This document shows positions 12,949-25,470 of a DNA stretch of 64,000 nt, piece by piece; position 1 is the stretch's first letter, and each line of letters starts with the position of its first letter. The translations under genes were made by a program, and so were the position numbers. The stretch is from assembly GCA_000708835.1 (NCBI GenBank), contig DF237028.1:1-64000 (forward strand). The letters are read 5' to 3'. Source of the stretch: Klebsormidium nitens. Its lineage: Eukaryota; Plantae; Klebsormidiophyceae. Under the pieces are notes generated by a model. It had not been told where the DNA came from. It made no database searches and was given only the letters and a program-made list of their open reading frames with translations.

Positions 12949-15572
12949 ATGAAGGGGTTGACAGATGACCGGGGCTTGCCTGAAAAGGCACGGAAGAAGG
13001 TGTGGCAGCGGAAAGGAGGACGGCCAAGGTCAGATTTGGGTGGTGTAGAAGATGGAAGGACACAGCGCGTTTCTGCGTGTACTTTGGAACCTGGCGCCAA
13101 AAAGCTTCTTCATCAGTTGACAATGGTTATTCTCAGATAAGTGACGCAACATCCAAAAGTGGGTCTAGCCCTTAACAATGCTGACATGCTGACGAATCAA
13201 TTTCGCAGGCTGAAGGGCGACTCCACCACTCGCAAGAAGGGCCCAGCGTCAGTGGAGCAGGAGACGAAGAAGCTAAGGCAATTGCAGCTGCAAGCTGTCA
13301 AAGATTTGCGACAGGTGAGGGGACTAGGGGCACCACACATATGGTGGTGGTAAGTCCGGCAAGACTGACCACCTTCTGCTTTTTCCTGAATCATGCCACT
13401 CCATTATTCTCAGTTCTGCCGCTTGCTTTTCTAAACCTGCAGGCAGTTCGCAATGCCCGCCAGTTTGAGGTGCGGAAGGTCTGCCGGCGCATCCGAGCGC
13501 AAGAGGACAAGTGCAAAGTGGTCGCAGACAAGGACTCTGCGGCTGCCGTGTCGCTGCAGAAGGGGCTGGCCAAGCTGGGGGGGCAGCGGGAGGCGCTCAA
13601 GGTGCGCAACCGGGCGGCACGCTTCAAGTATCCTATCCACAAATTTGTATTAGTTGATTGAGGAGGCCCAGCCCAGATGTTGTACCACTCTTGAGACATA
13701 GAGTAATTTGAAGACGAAGGCTTGGCATCTGCTCAGATCCGCATTTAGACTTGGATTGTACTCTGGAGTTGTAAGCTTCTAATGCGTGCAGGCAGTCAAT
13801 GTTGCCTTGGTGTTGCGCCGAGCCATTGACCAAGCGGAGGTGCCTGCTGAGCTGCTGCGAGACAGCGCGGAGGCTGACGCGCTGGCAGGGGCTGGAGAGC
13901 TGCACGAGTGGGCCGTTGGGCGGCTGCTAGCGGCCCACTGTGTGACGCAGGCATGTGAGAAAGTGAAAGGGGAGGTGGCGGGGCAGAAACGGGCAATAGA
14001 AGTGGCGAGCGCGCGAAAGGAGAAGAAAGAGGCGGACAGGCAGGCAAGGGAGAAAGAGGGGGCGGATGCGAATGGAGGAAATGGTGGGCGTAAGCGGAAA
14101 GCAGATCAGTTGGTGGGATTGAGCGAGGATGCAGAGGATGAGCCTGACAACCGGGAGGATTCCAGTATGTCAGGCGAGGAAGATGAAGGGGCTGTACAAG
14201 ATTTAGCAGAGCGGGCCCTGGCGAGGCTGCGGCAGGGGCAGGGGCGCAAACAAGCTCGGCTAGGTGCAGCAAGCAGCGGTGCGGAGGCTTCGAGTAGCGA
14301 ATCAGACGGCGACGACCAGCCTGTGGATGACCTCGACGTGTCATCAGACGAGGGTGGATTCGATGGCGAAGCAGGGCCCTGCGACGATGTGAGCATGAGC
14401 GGAAGCGAGTCTGAGAACGAGCCAGCCGGTGTTAGTGGCAGGAGCATGGCAGGAAAGCAGAGGGGATCTGCCGCAAAGCCAGGCCTCAAGAAGCCCAAGA
14501 AGAAAAACCGTCTTGGTCAACGAGAGAGGAAGAGGTAAGGGGATGTTTGATTTACTCGAACTCTGCAAATGCACTGTGATTGTTGAGGGCAGCAATGATT
14601 TCTCCTCCAAATTCGCCTTCACGTTTTTGAACTGAACTCCCCAGTGAGCACTACATTGTAGAATCGGGGTAGAATCATGGATCCAAGTTTGTTTCACTAC
14701 CGGGGTGGTTTCGAGGTCAGGTGGCTCGTAAGCAACTTGGAATGCACCACTGACTATCTAAGTTCGCAGTAGGACGAATTCTTTCAGCTGAACCGTATCG
14801 AATCACACAAGATCGGTGTAGAGTTGCTTGGCTTTTGACTTTTCGCCTGCTCTTGCAGACTACGTTGTATCTTGATCAGTCTCGGACCAGTTTGTGTGCG
14901 CAGCAATTGGAGGTGCGAGTGGACTTATGGTGTTAATCGTGCCTGCTTCGATCAAGCACTTTCGGGGAGGCAGTCCCCGTTGCAATTCCAGGTGTGCCGA
15001 TTAATGCACTTGCTACTGTCTGAGATTTCGAGCGCTTATTCACATCCACGTGTCTGCTTGTCAGGTTGGCGGCCGCAGCCGCTCCGGATCGAGGGCGTGG
15101 TCCACCAAGAAGCTCCACCGGGCACACGCACAAAGGGCCACAGAAATGGTCCGCGGCTTCGAAGCAGCAGGAGCGGACAACGCTTGCCGCTCGCGGGGAG
15201 AGAACTCGACCTACTGCACTTCGTGGGCAAAGCGAAGAGAATCGAAATGGGGGTTTCTCAAAAGTCCGTCCTGAGTCAGCAAAGGTGGTGTTGCATCCCT
15301 CTTGGGCTGCGAAAAATGCTGCAGCAAAAATCATAGCGCCGTTCGCTGGGAAGAAGGTGGTGTTTGACGAAGAGGGAAAAAAGAAAGCTTTGTCTAGCTC
15401 CCAAGAGTCAATAAAATTTCATGATAACGAGAAGGATAGCAAGTCTAGTCATATGGCAAAGGGCGAGCCAGTATCCCTTCATCCTTCTTGGGCAGCCAAG
15501 AGGTCCCAGGCGCAAAAGCTATCATTGTCAGGAACACCCTCTTCTGCCCAAAAGATCAAGTTCGATGATTGA
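12949..15572 (+). CDS. BUD22/SRFBP1-family ribosome biogenesis protein (multi-exon)
   Basis: ARQFEVRKVCRRI N-terminal block, acidic low-complexity middle, KKKNRLGQRERKR, and C-terminal LHPSWAAK...GKKVVFD signature. Exon phases are consistent from the ATG at 12949. Confidence 0.8.
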
Positions 15573-16220
15573 TCAGTCGAGTATCCGCGTCTTCTCTCAA
15601 GAATTGCGACAACTGGAACATCGTCCAATGCAATGCAAATCCATGCGACTCGAGTAGACGTGATGCAAAGTATCTGGTGCCACCGCAGCCGCTAGCAGGT
15701 TCACAGCTCGCCCCTTGAACGCCAAAACTCATGCCCCGCACCTCTATGGCGTTCTGCATAGATTGTACGCGATTCAGACATGCGCGAAAAGTCCGTCAGT
15801 TCTTGCAGCTACTTTTAAAGTCTCTCGGTCGAATTATAGACCTTGGACCATGTCGCAAACGGTGGACAGATAACAATAGAACGTAAGCCGCAAGTACACA
15901 AGCCAACAGAGAACATCACATGCATGTGCATGAAACAGTCGTCACGAGCGAAGTAGTAGCCCCTTTCCGCTTCCGGAAGTCGACTGGTCCATGCTTCCGT
16001 TCGATGAGCACGGATTCCGGTCGAGCAGATTTGATAGCGGAACGTTTCCAGGCGCACAATATTTGCAGCCTGCAGCCTGCAGGGCTGCGTTGCATTGCCT
16101 GCCTTTTCTTCACGTTCATTGATACCTAGGTCCTCTAAGTTTCAGTATTCTAGCTCAGCGATGGCGGCATTGTGCGTCAGACGTCCTTTCTAGACCACGT
16201 TCAGCCTGCATCTCCTTGTT

Positions 16221-19200
16221 ATGGCACTCTCCAAGCTCCATTATGGGCACTTGCCTGTAGTATCTCCTCCTAGCTGCCCATGTAGTAACGTCTATACCAA
16301 GACCCGTGCAAGTTGGAATGTGTTTGCCCAATTCCCCGTCACTACGCCTGGGCTTCTCTGCATTTTGAAAAGCTGCAGCAAGGACGAGTCAACGCTGGTT
16401 GTTGAACACCAGCGAGGTCTGCATTGGGGGCAGCGAAGCTGGTGCGCAGCTGCAGGGCGTCTTGCTGGGGATACTGCAGTTCTGGTCGACACAAGGGAAA
16501 CAGATGGGTCACTTCAAGAGCTACAATTGCCTCACATTGATGATGGTACGCCGGAGTCTGATCCCTTCAAGAAGGGGCAAAGTCGAGGGCGTGGATCCCT
16601 GAAAGAGGCATGGGAGAGGAAGCGCGCGCTGCGGCAGAGCCTGCGGGAGGCGGGCGTGCAAGCTGCGCCCACAGAGAAGCTGCTGCGCTCCACAAGAAGG
16701 GTAGGCGACCATGCGCGGGCCAGGCTGCAATTCTGGGAGCTGGAGGGACCCCACGTGGGGGCGGGGGGCGGGGCAGCGGTGGAGGGGCATCCCTGGCTGC
16801 TGACGTGCGACTACCACGAGATGCTGGCCATCCGAGGCTGCCTGCTGGCGCATGGGGTCTCCCTCCGCCGCAATGCCAAGCTCCTGGTAAGGGGAATGCA
16901 CCTTGGGGAGAAAGCCCCCAACGGCCCTGGCATACTGCCGGCAAGAACCTGGGGGGCAACTTGATGATGAATCAAGAACTTGACGGTCCTCTGTGAATGC
17001 TGCTTGGCTGTGGAGGCTGCCTGCCAGCGAAGGACCACCACTTGGTGATGCTGTAGACTGACCCCCGCATTGTCTCTGCAGAAGTACGCCCTGGAACACG
17101 GGCCCAACAACGTGGAGCGCCTGTTGTTGCTGCTGGAGGAGCTGGGCGTGTCGGACATCACTCGCGTGGTGCACACCTACCCCAGGCTGCTTGGGCTGCG
17201 GTGAGCCGCCTTTCTACCGGTGGTATTCTCCTGGTTGGTTTGCCCAGGCCAGCCGCAAGCCACCTCTCTACATGTGGCCTTCCCAGTACTGCCTTCGCTG
17301 CTCAGCATCAGCTTCGCATGGTGGATGTGGCAATCGGATGCAGCTCGAGTCACAACCTGGTTTGGGCCCTGTCGCCCTTTGACCCCTCCCGACCATACTC
17401 TCGACGTTGCGAGTTTTTTGTGTGTGTTTGAAATCACGGGAAACTCGGCGCTTGCCCTGAGTGGGCCCTGGTGTGATGCACTCCCCCAGTTCTGCGCCCC
17501 AGGTCGGAGGACGTTGCGGCCAAGGTGGCGTTCTTGCGTGACCTGGGCTTGGACGCATGTCGCTTGGGCCAGCTGTTCCAGTCCCAGCCGCGCTTCATCT
17601 ACCCCAGCCTCGCAACCATGCAAAGCAAAGTGCGCAGCACACTATAAGGGAGCCCATTCTACCTTTGGTGCGAGCTTTATAGCGACTCTGAGCCGCGTCG
17701 TGAATGTGAAGGCTCGTTTTCTGGCTGACTTCTGCAGACTTGGTGCTGTCAGCGTCCAGTTTCAGGTTCGCCTTGAGCCCTGACCCGTCTCTTGCGCTGC
17801 CTTCCTCCGTTGCAGGTGGCCTTCCTGGTGTCCATGGGCTTCAGCCAGGCTCAAGCGGCGGTGGTCATCTCGCGCTACCCCCTCGCTCTTGGCTGCGACC
17901 TGCACTCCCACTTCCCCCGCATCCAGCAACTCTTCGAGGTACGCCATCTCTAATGCCGACGGTCTGTGACGGCAGAGGACATCGTGTGCTAGGATTGTGA
18001 ACCGCGTTTCCCTCGCTCTGCGTTTCGTCCATTTAGGCCCCACTTCGCCCCTCAGATGAAATAACGGCCGCTGTTGGGCTGTCGTAGCGTACATGCTGAT
18101 CCTAACTGGATACGTTGCAGTTGCTTCCCTCGACGATGTTGGACGGCCTCCCAAGTGCTCGAAACGAGAACCGCCAAGAGCGAATCTAATGTTCGAAGCA
18201 GGATGACACCGTGGTTGCCTCGCACAAAAACTGATCGATGAGACAGGGTCGTATTCAAGTCCGGACAGTCGTTTCTCAAGCTTCGGTTGGAGCTTGACCG
18301 GCAGCCTGAAGGCCCTGTTGCGCCTTGTGTGCGCGCAGGAGTACGGCTTCTCGCACGCCGACTTTCTGTACGTGGTGGAGCGGTCCCCGGGCGTGCTGCT
18401 GAGCCGCGTGGACGCCAACCTGCGGCCCAAGCTGGCCTTCTTCCGCGCGCGCGGCCTCTCCCCGCTGCAGCTGGTGGCCATGGTCAAGGCCTACCCGACG
18501 CTGCTCGGGAAGAACCTGCACTCCGCGCTGCAGCCCAAGGTGCGCGGAGCCTCGTCGTACGACGGCAGTCCTTCCGTGCTGGGTCTCATGAAAGGGCACG
18601 TATTTGGGAGAACATTACAACCCGACTGGGGAAAGGTTTGCTTAATCAAGTCTCTTTGCCCGATAGGCGGCTTCCTTTTTAAAAACGTCAACGGGGATGT
18701 TCTCATCCTCACACCTTTTCAATTGGTGGAACAAAGTTATCGATTTGCTCTTGTTCCAGATAGGACCACTAGCGTTTGATGACCGGCACATTTTCGCAAC
18801 GGCTGTCTGCGAGCTTAGAGTTCATCGTCTGCACATCCATACCTCTTGTGGCCACCTTCACGTGTCCACACAATGAGCCCCAATGTTCGAGAGGGCGAAC
18901 CCGTGTCACGTAAGCGACAATTTCTCCTTTGTGTCATTCACCAGTGACTCGAGTTGCCTCGCAACATTCCAGCCGTATCTCCCGAGCAGCGCCTTTTACG
19001 CAAAGCTCATTCTGTCGCTGTAGTTTGACGTGAGGTGTTGCGAGCAGCGCCTTAACACAAGACCGCTATCAATTGACGTGTGGTGTTGTTTCTGCGCTGG
19101 CTGCCAGGTGGAGTACCTGGTGGGCCCGATGGAGCGCGACATCAGCGAGCTGGTGGTGTACGCGGCGGTGCTGGGGTACAGCATGGCGCGGCTGCGGCGG

Positions 19201-19470
19201 CGGCAGGAGGCGGTGGCGCAGTACGGCATCACGTGCAGCCTGTCCACCATGCTCAGCCGCACCGACGCGCAGTTCGCGCAGTTCATCGCGCGCGTCAGCC
19301 GGCAGACGTACGAGGCCAAGATGGCGGGCGTGCGGCGCGTGCACCAGCAGCAGCAGCAGCAGCAGCCGCAGCGGCGGAGCGCGCTGGACCGGGTGGCGCT
19401 CGCGGACTTTGAGCTGCCCGTGTACAAGATGCACCGCGGGGACGGCCAGCTCAAGTGGCCGGCACGGTAG
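16221..19470 (+). CDS. mTERF-family organellar nucleic-acid-binding protein (multi-exon)
   Basis: Repeated mTERF motifs: VVHTYPRLLGL, KVAFLRDLGL, VISRYPLALGC, RSPGVLLSRVDANLRPKLAFF, KAYPTLLGKNL...LQPKVEYL, AVLGYSMARLRRR. Transit-peptide-like N-terminus; start is tentative. Confidence 0.85.
19345..19365 (+). repeat. (CAG)7 microsatellite encoding polyGln in the mTERF C-terminus
   Basis: Seen directly. Confidence 0.9.
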
Positions 19471-19955
19471 CTGCACACTGCTTGGATGCCGAGGACACGC
19501 GCCCCTTGTACAGACTCATCTGCGTTGAACACGAGTTGACGGGAACAGAGCCCACTCTTAACGGTAGTTGCACGGCTTGTTGAGGACTGGGTTCCATTTC
19601 TGCTTGATGGCACTGATAAAAAAGAAGAGCGTTTGCCAAGCCAACCAAAAGTCGCAAGCGGAGACGGGTTAGGTGACTGTACGCAAAAACGTGCATGCTC
19701 CAACAATCACAGTGAACGTGATGAGATCGAGCTATATGCTCAAGGCCGCTGTGATCATGATAAATTGACTTTTTCATGACGCGTGAGAGCATGCTGTGTT
19801 AACCAGAGGCCAAGTGCAGTTGTGTTGGCCTCCCTACAATTTATTGGTCGCACAACTGTTTAGATTGTGGGGGGGACGCTACAATTTGCATCCTCAATTT
19901 CTCTCATGGTATATCATGGTATATTAATCATGTCAGCTAGCATGTCATATTTCTG

Positions 19956-20725
19956 CACAAGCTACCTACGGTGGGTTCCGGCCGAGTCGACTCCGACTCG
20001 AACCGCAACGAAATTGTGGGACCCGGTATCAAATTCTGTCAGTGATACCGGCGGTTCACGTTACGCTGAGTCGGACTTCCGAAACNTGTACGGTTCGAGT
20101 ACTCAGGAATTTTTGCTCGGCCGTAAGTGAGTGTCATGAAGTTGTAAACAAGTGTATTATTTTACACTTTGACGGGAGCATGAAAATGCCACACTAAGAT
20201 GCGGCTTATGCAACATGCAGAAACCTTTGACAAGCTAAAAAAAATGTTGGGGGACCGTCATTAGCTGTCCTTTGAAGCTCCAACATCATGTTTTGTTCAG
20301 GACAAATCTCAAATAGCAGCATAGGAGGCGCAAAGTTGGCCGCCATTGTTGGATTTTGAAGAGCGCCTTCTCTTACACTCTTATATCAAATCTCTGCACT
20401 CTTCTTTCAGTCTGGGTACCGCGGTACTCGTGCACGGTACAAGTCGGAAGTTCCGACCAAGACCATGAAATTTAAATTTGTCGGCCGCGCAGACTCGAGT
20501 CTCGCGCGACGGTACCGTACCTCCGGGCAGTACGTAATTGCCCGTTTGATCGACGTGTCAGGAAAAGCTCGATTCATGAATTCGGACCCGATTCTCTAGT
20601 ACGGCCGAGTACGATCGTTAGTACTGCGTACAAAATGTGTCGCGACGCGTGACACCGGTCATACAAATTTGAGACCCGACCGTCGCGCGGTCGATACCGT
20701 CGAGACCCACCATAGGTAGCTTGTG
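19956..20725. mobile_element. Non-autonomous TIR DNA transposon (about 770 bp) with CAC...GTG ends
   Basis: 21-bp TIR CACAAGCTACCTACGGTGGGT / ACCCACCATAGGTAGCTTGTG with 1 mismatch. Flanked by TG on both sides (possible 2-bp TSD). Interior is CpG-rich, non-coding and full of short palindromes. Confidence 0.75.
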
Positions 20726-21218
20726 TGCAAAGAGTGCTAGGTTGCCCTAGGTACGTGGGCGGGTGTGCTGGGGAATTGATAGCATTGATAACTGCAAGCG
20801 CACATGTAGCACAATTACGTGCACGCTCACAATACCTATGGAGAGTCAGCCAGATCGCGCTGGCCGCCATGCATGCATGCTCATATAGTAGGGGTGCGGG
20901 CCCTAGGCTTGCCTTCCAATGGTTATTACTGGTTAGTTTCATGATGCTTAAAGCCTAGGCTAGCCATGCATTCGTATCATTGAGTACTGTCGTGCACGCG
21001 CATCAAACATGTCATTTATTGTATTACATGGGTGGAATAATATGAGAGATGTTTGCTGCGCTTGTGACGATATGGGCCTGAATTAGCATAAAGGAACGGT
21101 TCATATTTACATGCAGAACTCCCTGCAATCTGTTCACCGCACCTCCATGAGAAGCCATCAGATTTTTAAGGAAGGGCGGCACGCCCACTCGCACCTCCGC
21201 TGCTTGCATCCTGGACCT

Positions 21219-24200
21219 TCAGAAGGTCGTCCACCGTCTCTCGTGACACGGCCCTACACCTCCTCTGGAGGACTTCCCACCCCGCACAAAGTCCTCCGGG
21301 AGCCCCTTCTCGCCAGCGAGCTGCTGCCGCGCCTTGACATTCCATGCGAAGGCGACACTAAGAGCAGTGGAGGGGTTCACATCCTCGTACACCTCGATGG
21401 CGCAGTCCTCAGGTCCACCATCGACGGTGCAGTCCCGCGCAAGCGTCAATGTGCACTTCGTCGATAAGTCGGTGATGAGGCTGAGGGGGGGGATCTCCCC
21501 ATACGCGATGCCTGCCCACAGCTGATAGATTCCCTGCGGAGGAGCAAGCATGACAGTCTTATGGCAGCACTTTGACTAGACAGCCAATCTGAGAAGGAAT
21601 GCTGTTGCAAGCTTTATTACGAATGTGAACAACAGCGTCTACAATTGGGTGGACATGCCCCGCTGCAATCAGTATTGGGCGCCTTCATTTCGTTCGACGC
21701 ATATAAGCGTCAAAGGTGCAGCCGCTAAAGCATTGCGCTGGCACATGGAGGAGAACAGGACGTGACCCAGACCGTATTGACCAAGATAAAGTCGAACTTC
21801 TTCCAGACTTGCATCAAAAGCGGCGACTAGTGCCGCTCATCGATGCCGACCCTGCCTGGAAACCCCAGTCGCCCAGTCTCTGCAGCGCTTTACAAACCAT
21901 CAAAGCGGCAGACCATCAAAGTGTGTCAATGGTACACCAAACCGCCTAAACCTATTCAGGTAAGACGTTGATCGGTTGAATCAGGTCGTTGATAAGTATA
22001 TGGTACCCACTAGAGAGTTGAACAAGGTCACACTGTCATTGTTAAAACCGTAACCATTTGTTGATAAGTCTCTCAACACGTCACTGCCTGTAAGTGAAAG
22101 GGGGCATCTTTTCCTTAGCAGACAGTGCACCTAATGCCCCATCACTCAACGAAAACATGAACGAGCCAAGTCCGCAAGACTCTTTCAAATGGATGAAGAC
22201 TGCGCTGAAAGCAGATTTCTTATCAATCACGAGCTACACCTCACAAGCTGTACCCTCCGATATCTCATCTCAACATGCACTTACCAGCTCGGCAGGTTCC
22301 TCTTGAGCCCACCAGTCCCTCCCCTTCACTTCAGCTGATTTTCGAAGATTTGCCGACAGCCCATCCTCAAAATATACTTGAATGGCCTCAAGATAGAAAC
22401 GGTGACTTTAGACCCGTGACCAGGAACAGACAAGGCACTCGCCTGGCCAACAACGCCCGTGGCCTCCTTCGTAGTCTTCAGATCCAGATGTACAGCGCCT
22501 GTTGCCAGCGCGTACTCGAGCTCCGCTGCGTCCGTGAACAGCAGGTCGTTCGTCCCGGACAAGTATGTGTGAACCTTCCCCGTTTTGACCAGGACGCTGA
22601 GGGCTTCGTTGCTCTTGTCCGCAATACAGAACACCTTTAGAGGACCCTGCAGAAATATCAGCAACAAAAAGGTCAGGAAGAAACTTTGAAGGATGATTGT
22701 AGGATCATTCACAAGGGCCCCGAGCGTCAGCCTCGGTCCAATTCGAGAAATTTTCGGCATGCGGGTCATGTATACCGTCATCCATTCGGTGGTGTGAAGC
22801 ATCTCAAAACGCAAAACTTAGATAAACGCAGCGGGCAACCATAACAGAAGGCCTCGGGACTGATCCGGTCTGCCTTCGAATGCACCTGCAGCCCTTTGGA
22901 GGCCAAGAGCTGTAAAAGACCATTCAGCCATCGGGAGGCCAGAAACCTGTAAAAGACCATTCAGCCATCGAAAGGCCACCAGACGCACTTAGAAAAGTCA
23001 AACTTCATTACTGCAGGCTAGCACACTTCGACGAGGGGCAGCTGATCAGGAAGGGCCGAGCTCGACGGCTTGAGTCCAGCCGTCCACTGTCTTTCAACGA
23101 TCGTCCACAGTTGCATACCAACACCACAGTGCGCAAGAAGCCCCAGCACGTGAAAAGGCCATCGCATTGGTTTGTCCACAGTTCATGTGGAGACCCAGGG
23201 AGCCTCACTGCTCTTGGAACAACGAGAAACAGAGTTCCCTGGGCGCTGGGCGCTGTAAGTAGAAAGGCCCTTACCACTCCCAAACGCTTCGCTTCCGCCT
23301 CTAGGAATTCAGCGCAGGGGCGTAGTAGTCGCGCTCCTTTCCGGTGGGGATCTCCTGGAAGCGCTCCACGATCCGGCTGGGGTCACCTTGGAGTCGGGCC
23401 AGGAGAGCCGGGAGGTCCTCCTCCTTGCGTCGATAGACGGACGTCCCGGCGCGGCGTGAGATCTCGAACGGCAAGCGCCATGCGTCCTTTCCCTTGGACC
23501 CGTCAGAGATCCTGATCACGACAAAAGACGTGGTGGCCGCTGCAGTTCAAAAGAAAGCTTCGTTTCAGTCGTACACAAACACGTAATTGCACATATCGAA
23601 GGTCAGGGTCCGCTCCATTGTAGGCTTGCCAGTTGCTGTTCTACTGCCCCTCAATGCCCCGACCAGCTCTAATGACGCTTTGCCATAAGACCAGAGCCTG
23701 CTGTACAGAATCTACACGGATGATGCTCCAACAATGTAAGAGCCACAACCGAAAGCCGAGACCATGTTGCGACCAGCACCCGTCCAAGCCTCAAAAAAAC
23801 CACAGAGCGCTCTTTCTTGAAAGAAATCAGCTCACTAACGACGGTGTCCACAGCTGCAGTGACGACAAGGAGAAAGGGTTTGCCAATACTTACGCTTTCC
23901 CAAGCGAGGGGGGAAGGGCGTCCCCTGATTCACGGAGCCTTCCGAGCCCAGCTTCGGAGCCATTTGCACCATCGTGGCGCGCTGCGGCTTTGCTGCGGAT
24001 CCCAGACCTGGATGGTCGGCTGGCTGGCTCCCCACGCTCTTGGATTTTTTTGAGTTGGCTCTTGAGCGTGCTTCGTAGCTTCAGCAACTATTGCGATCTG
24101 CAACAACGCACTTAACTTTTTTAACTCCTTAAGCCAGATTCAAGACCGTCCATATCAATGACGCGCGTCCAGTCGCTTCCTTTGGAGCACAGGCCTACAC

Positions 24201-25470
24201 ATCGGATGGTCACAGAAACATGTGTAGCGTGACTTCATCGACGTAAGAGAGGCTCCATATCAAGCAGCAACAAAGGGGTACTTTCTGAGTGTCCTGGCAG
24301 AAGCAGGATACCCCAGGGAGGAAATGAGCCCTTCAAGAACCAAGAGAACACACCTGGTGTTCCTCAGCGTAGTCGTTGACTGCTACAAGTTCAGTGCTAG
24401 GCAAGTTCGCAATAAGCTTGGTCAGCTTCTGTGGTTTGTTCAGGACCGTGGCTGACAGGACCTCCATGACAGCTTCACAGGGGAGCGCCTCAGTGAAGTG
24501 CAGCCAGGTGGGGGCGTGCGAGAAGGCAGTCGTATGCTGTGACAAGGACAGAAAGTGGGGTGAATGAGAAAGCAGGCACAGTCACTGGCATGTCGAGGAG
24601 CATGTTCACATGAGATAAAGAACAGCAAAGTAATAGCAGCCCTGCTGTTGACAACACAGTCTGCAAGATGCATCCAACCATGCACGTACAGATTCAAGTG
24701 AATGGCTGCACTTGAGTCCTTGACACAGGGCCAAATCCCAGAAGCGCAGCAGAATCCTTGACACTTACCTCACCAAACTCGGAGGGAACCATCACCCTCA
24801 AATGCTCCTGCAAGAACTTCTCCGGAAAAGTTTCTGCACAGAGAACGCCAGCAAGGTGGTGAGGCGATCGGAAGTGAAGAAGCAAGTTGTAGCTTTTCCA
24901 GGACGCTTGAAGCAACATGGAAGACTGAATCTGTGCTGTAGCTCTTGTCTTGCATCTGCCTCCTTGATAATCAGTGAACTATAAAAATACAGCAACATAT
25001 GGTTCTATAATTCCACACCTGAAGCAACTCAGATACTGACGAAGCAGCAGCCTGGCAAGACATACAACATGAGGAGGCCCACCCCTCGAGGGCCCGATCT
25101 GACTCCTTTCACAAGGCACTCACCACAGACAGCCCGTTTGGGCCATACACCATAGGCCACCTTCTGCTCCTTCACCACCCATGCGCCAACATCGATCTTC
25201 TCAGGTGCATCGAGCCACCTTCTGCCCCCGACTCGAGCTTCCAAACCCTCACAAGCCTCCGCTGATCTCCAAGACAACTTACGCAACCCTTGCATCACTT
25301 CCTGCAGCCTTGCCTGGATGTCCAAGTTGGACAGGTCTCTCAGCCGCTTTCTGCAAGACATGAAATGCGATCCGTTCATTCCCTTGTCAGCTGGAATGCT
25401 ACAGTGATAAGGAAGGCGATACGTGCTGACTCAACGTCGAAGAGCGCCCTGGGCCTGGGCCTGAGGAGTC
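21219..25470 (-). pseudogene. Unassigned multi-exon gene, apparently decayed
   Basis: A series of exon-like blocks with ...YAG/GT... borders and protein-like translation (e.g. HTTAFSHAPTWLHFTEALPCEAVMEV..., GPLKVFCIADKSNEALSVLVKTG..., GIYQLWAGIAYGEIPP...). In-frame TAG/TGA and an apparent frameshift near 23.3 kb. No domain recognised. Confidence 0.5.
22899..22976. repeat. 37-bp-period tandem duplication
   Basis: CTGTAAAAGACCATTCAGCCATCG at 22910 and 22947, each preceded by GGAGGCCA. Confidence 0.85.

Noticed and set aside
21957-22090. Possible small TIR element (CAGG...GACGTTGA ends, repeated GTTGATAAG)
   Set aside because: The inverted match is short and gapped, with no TSD.
22899-22976. 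24-bp direct repeats as a possible CRISPR-like array
   Set aside because: Only two copies, the spacers are themselves similar, and the context is eukaryotic; a simple tandem duplication.
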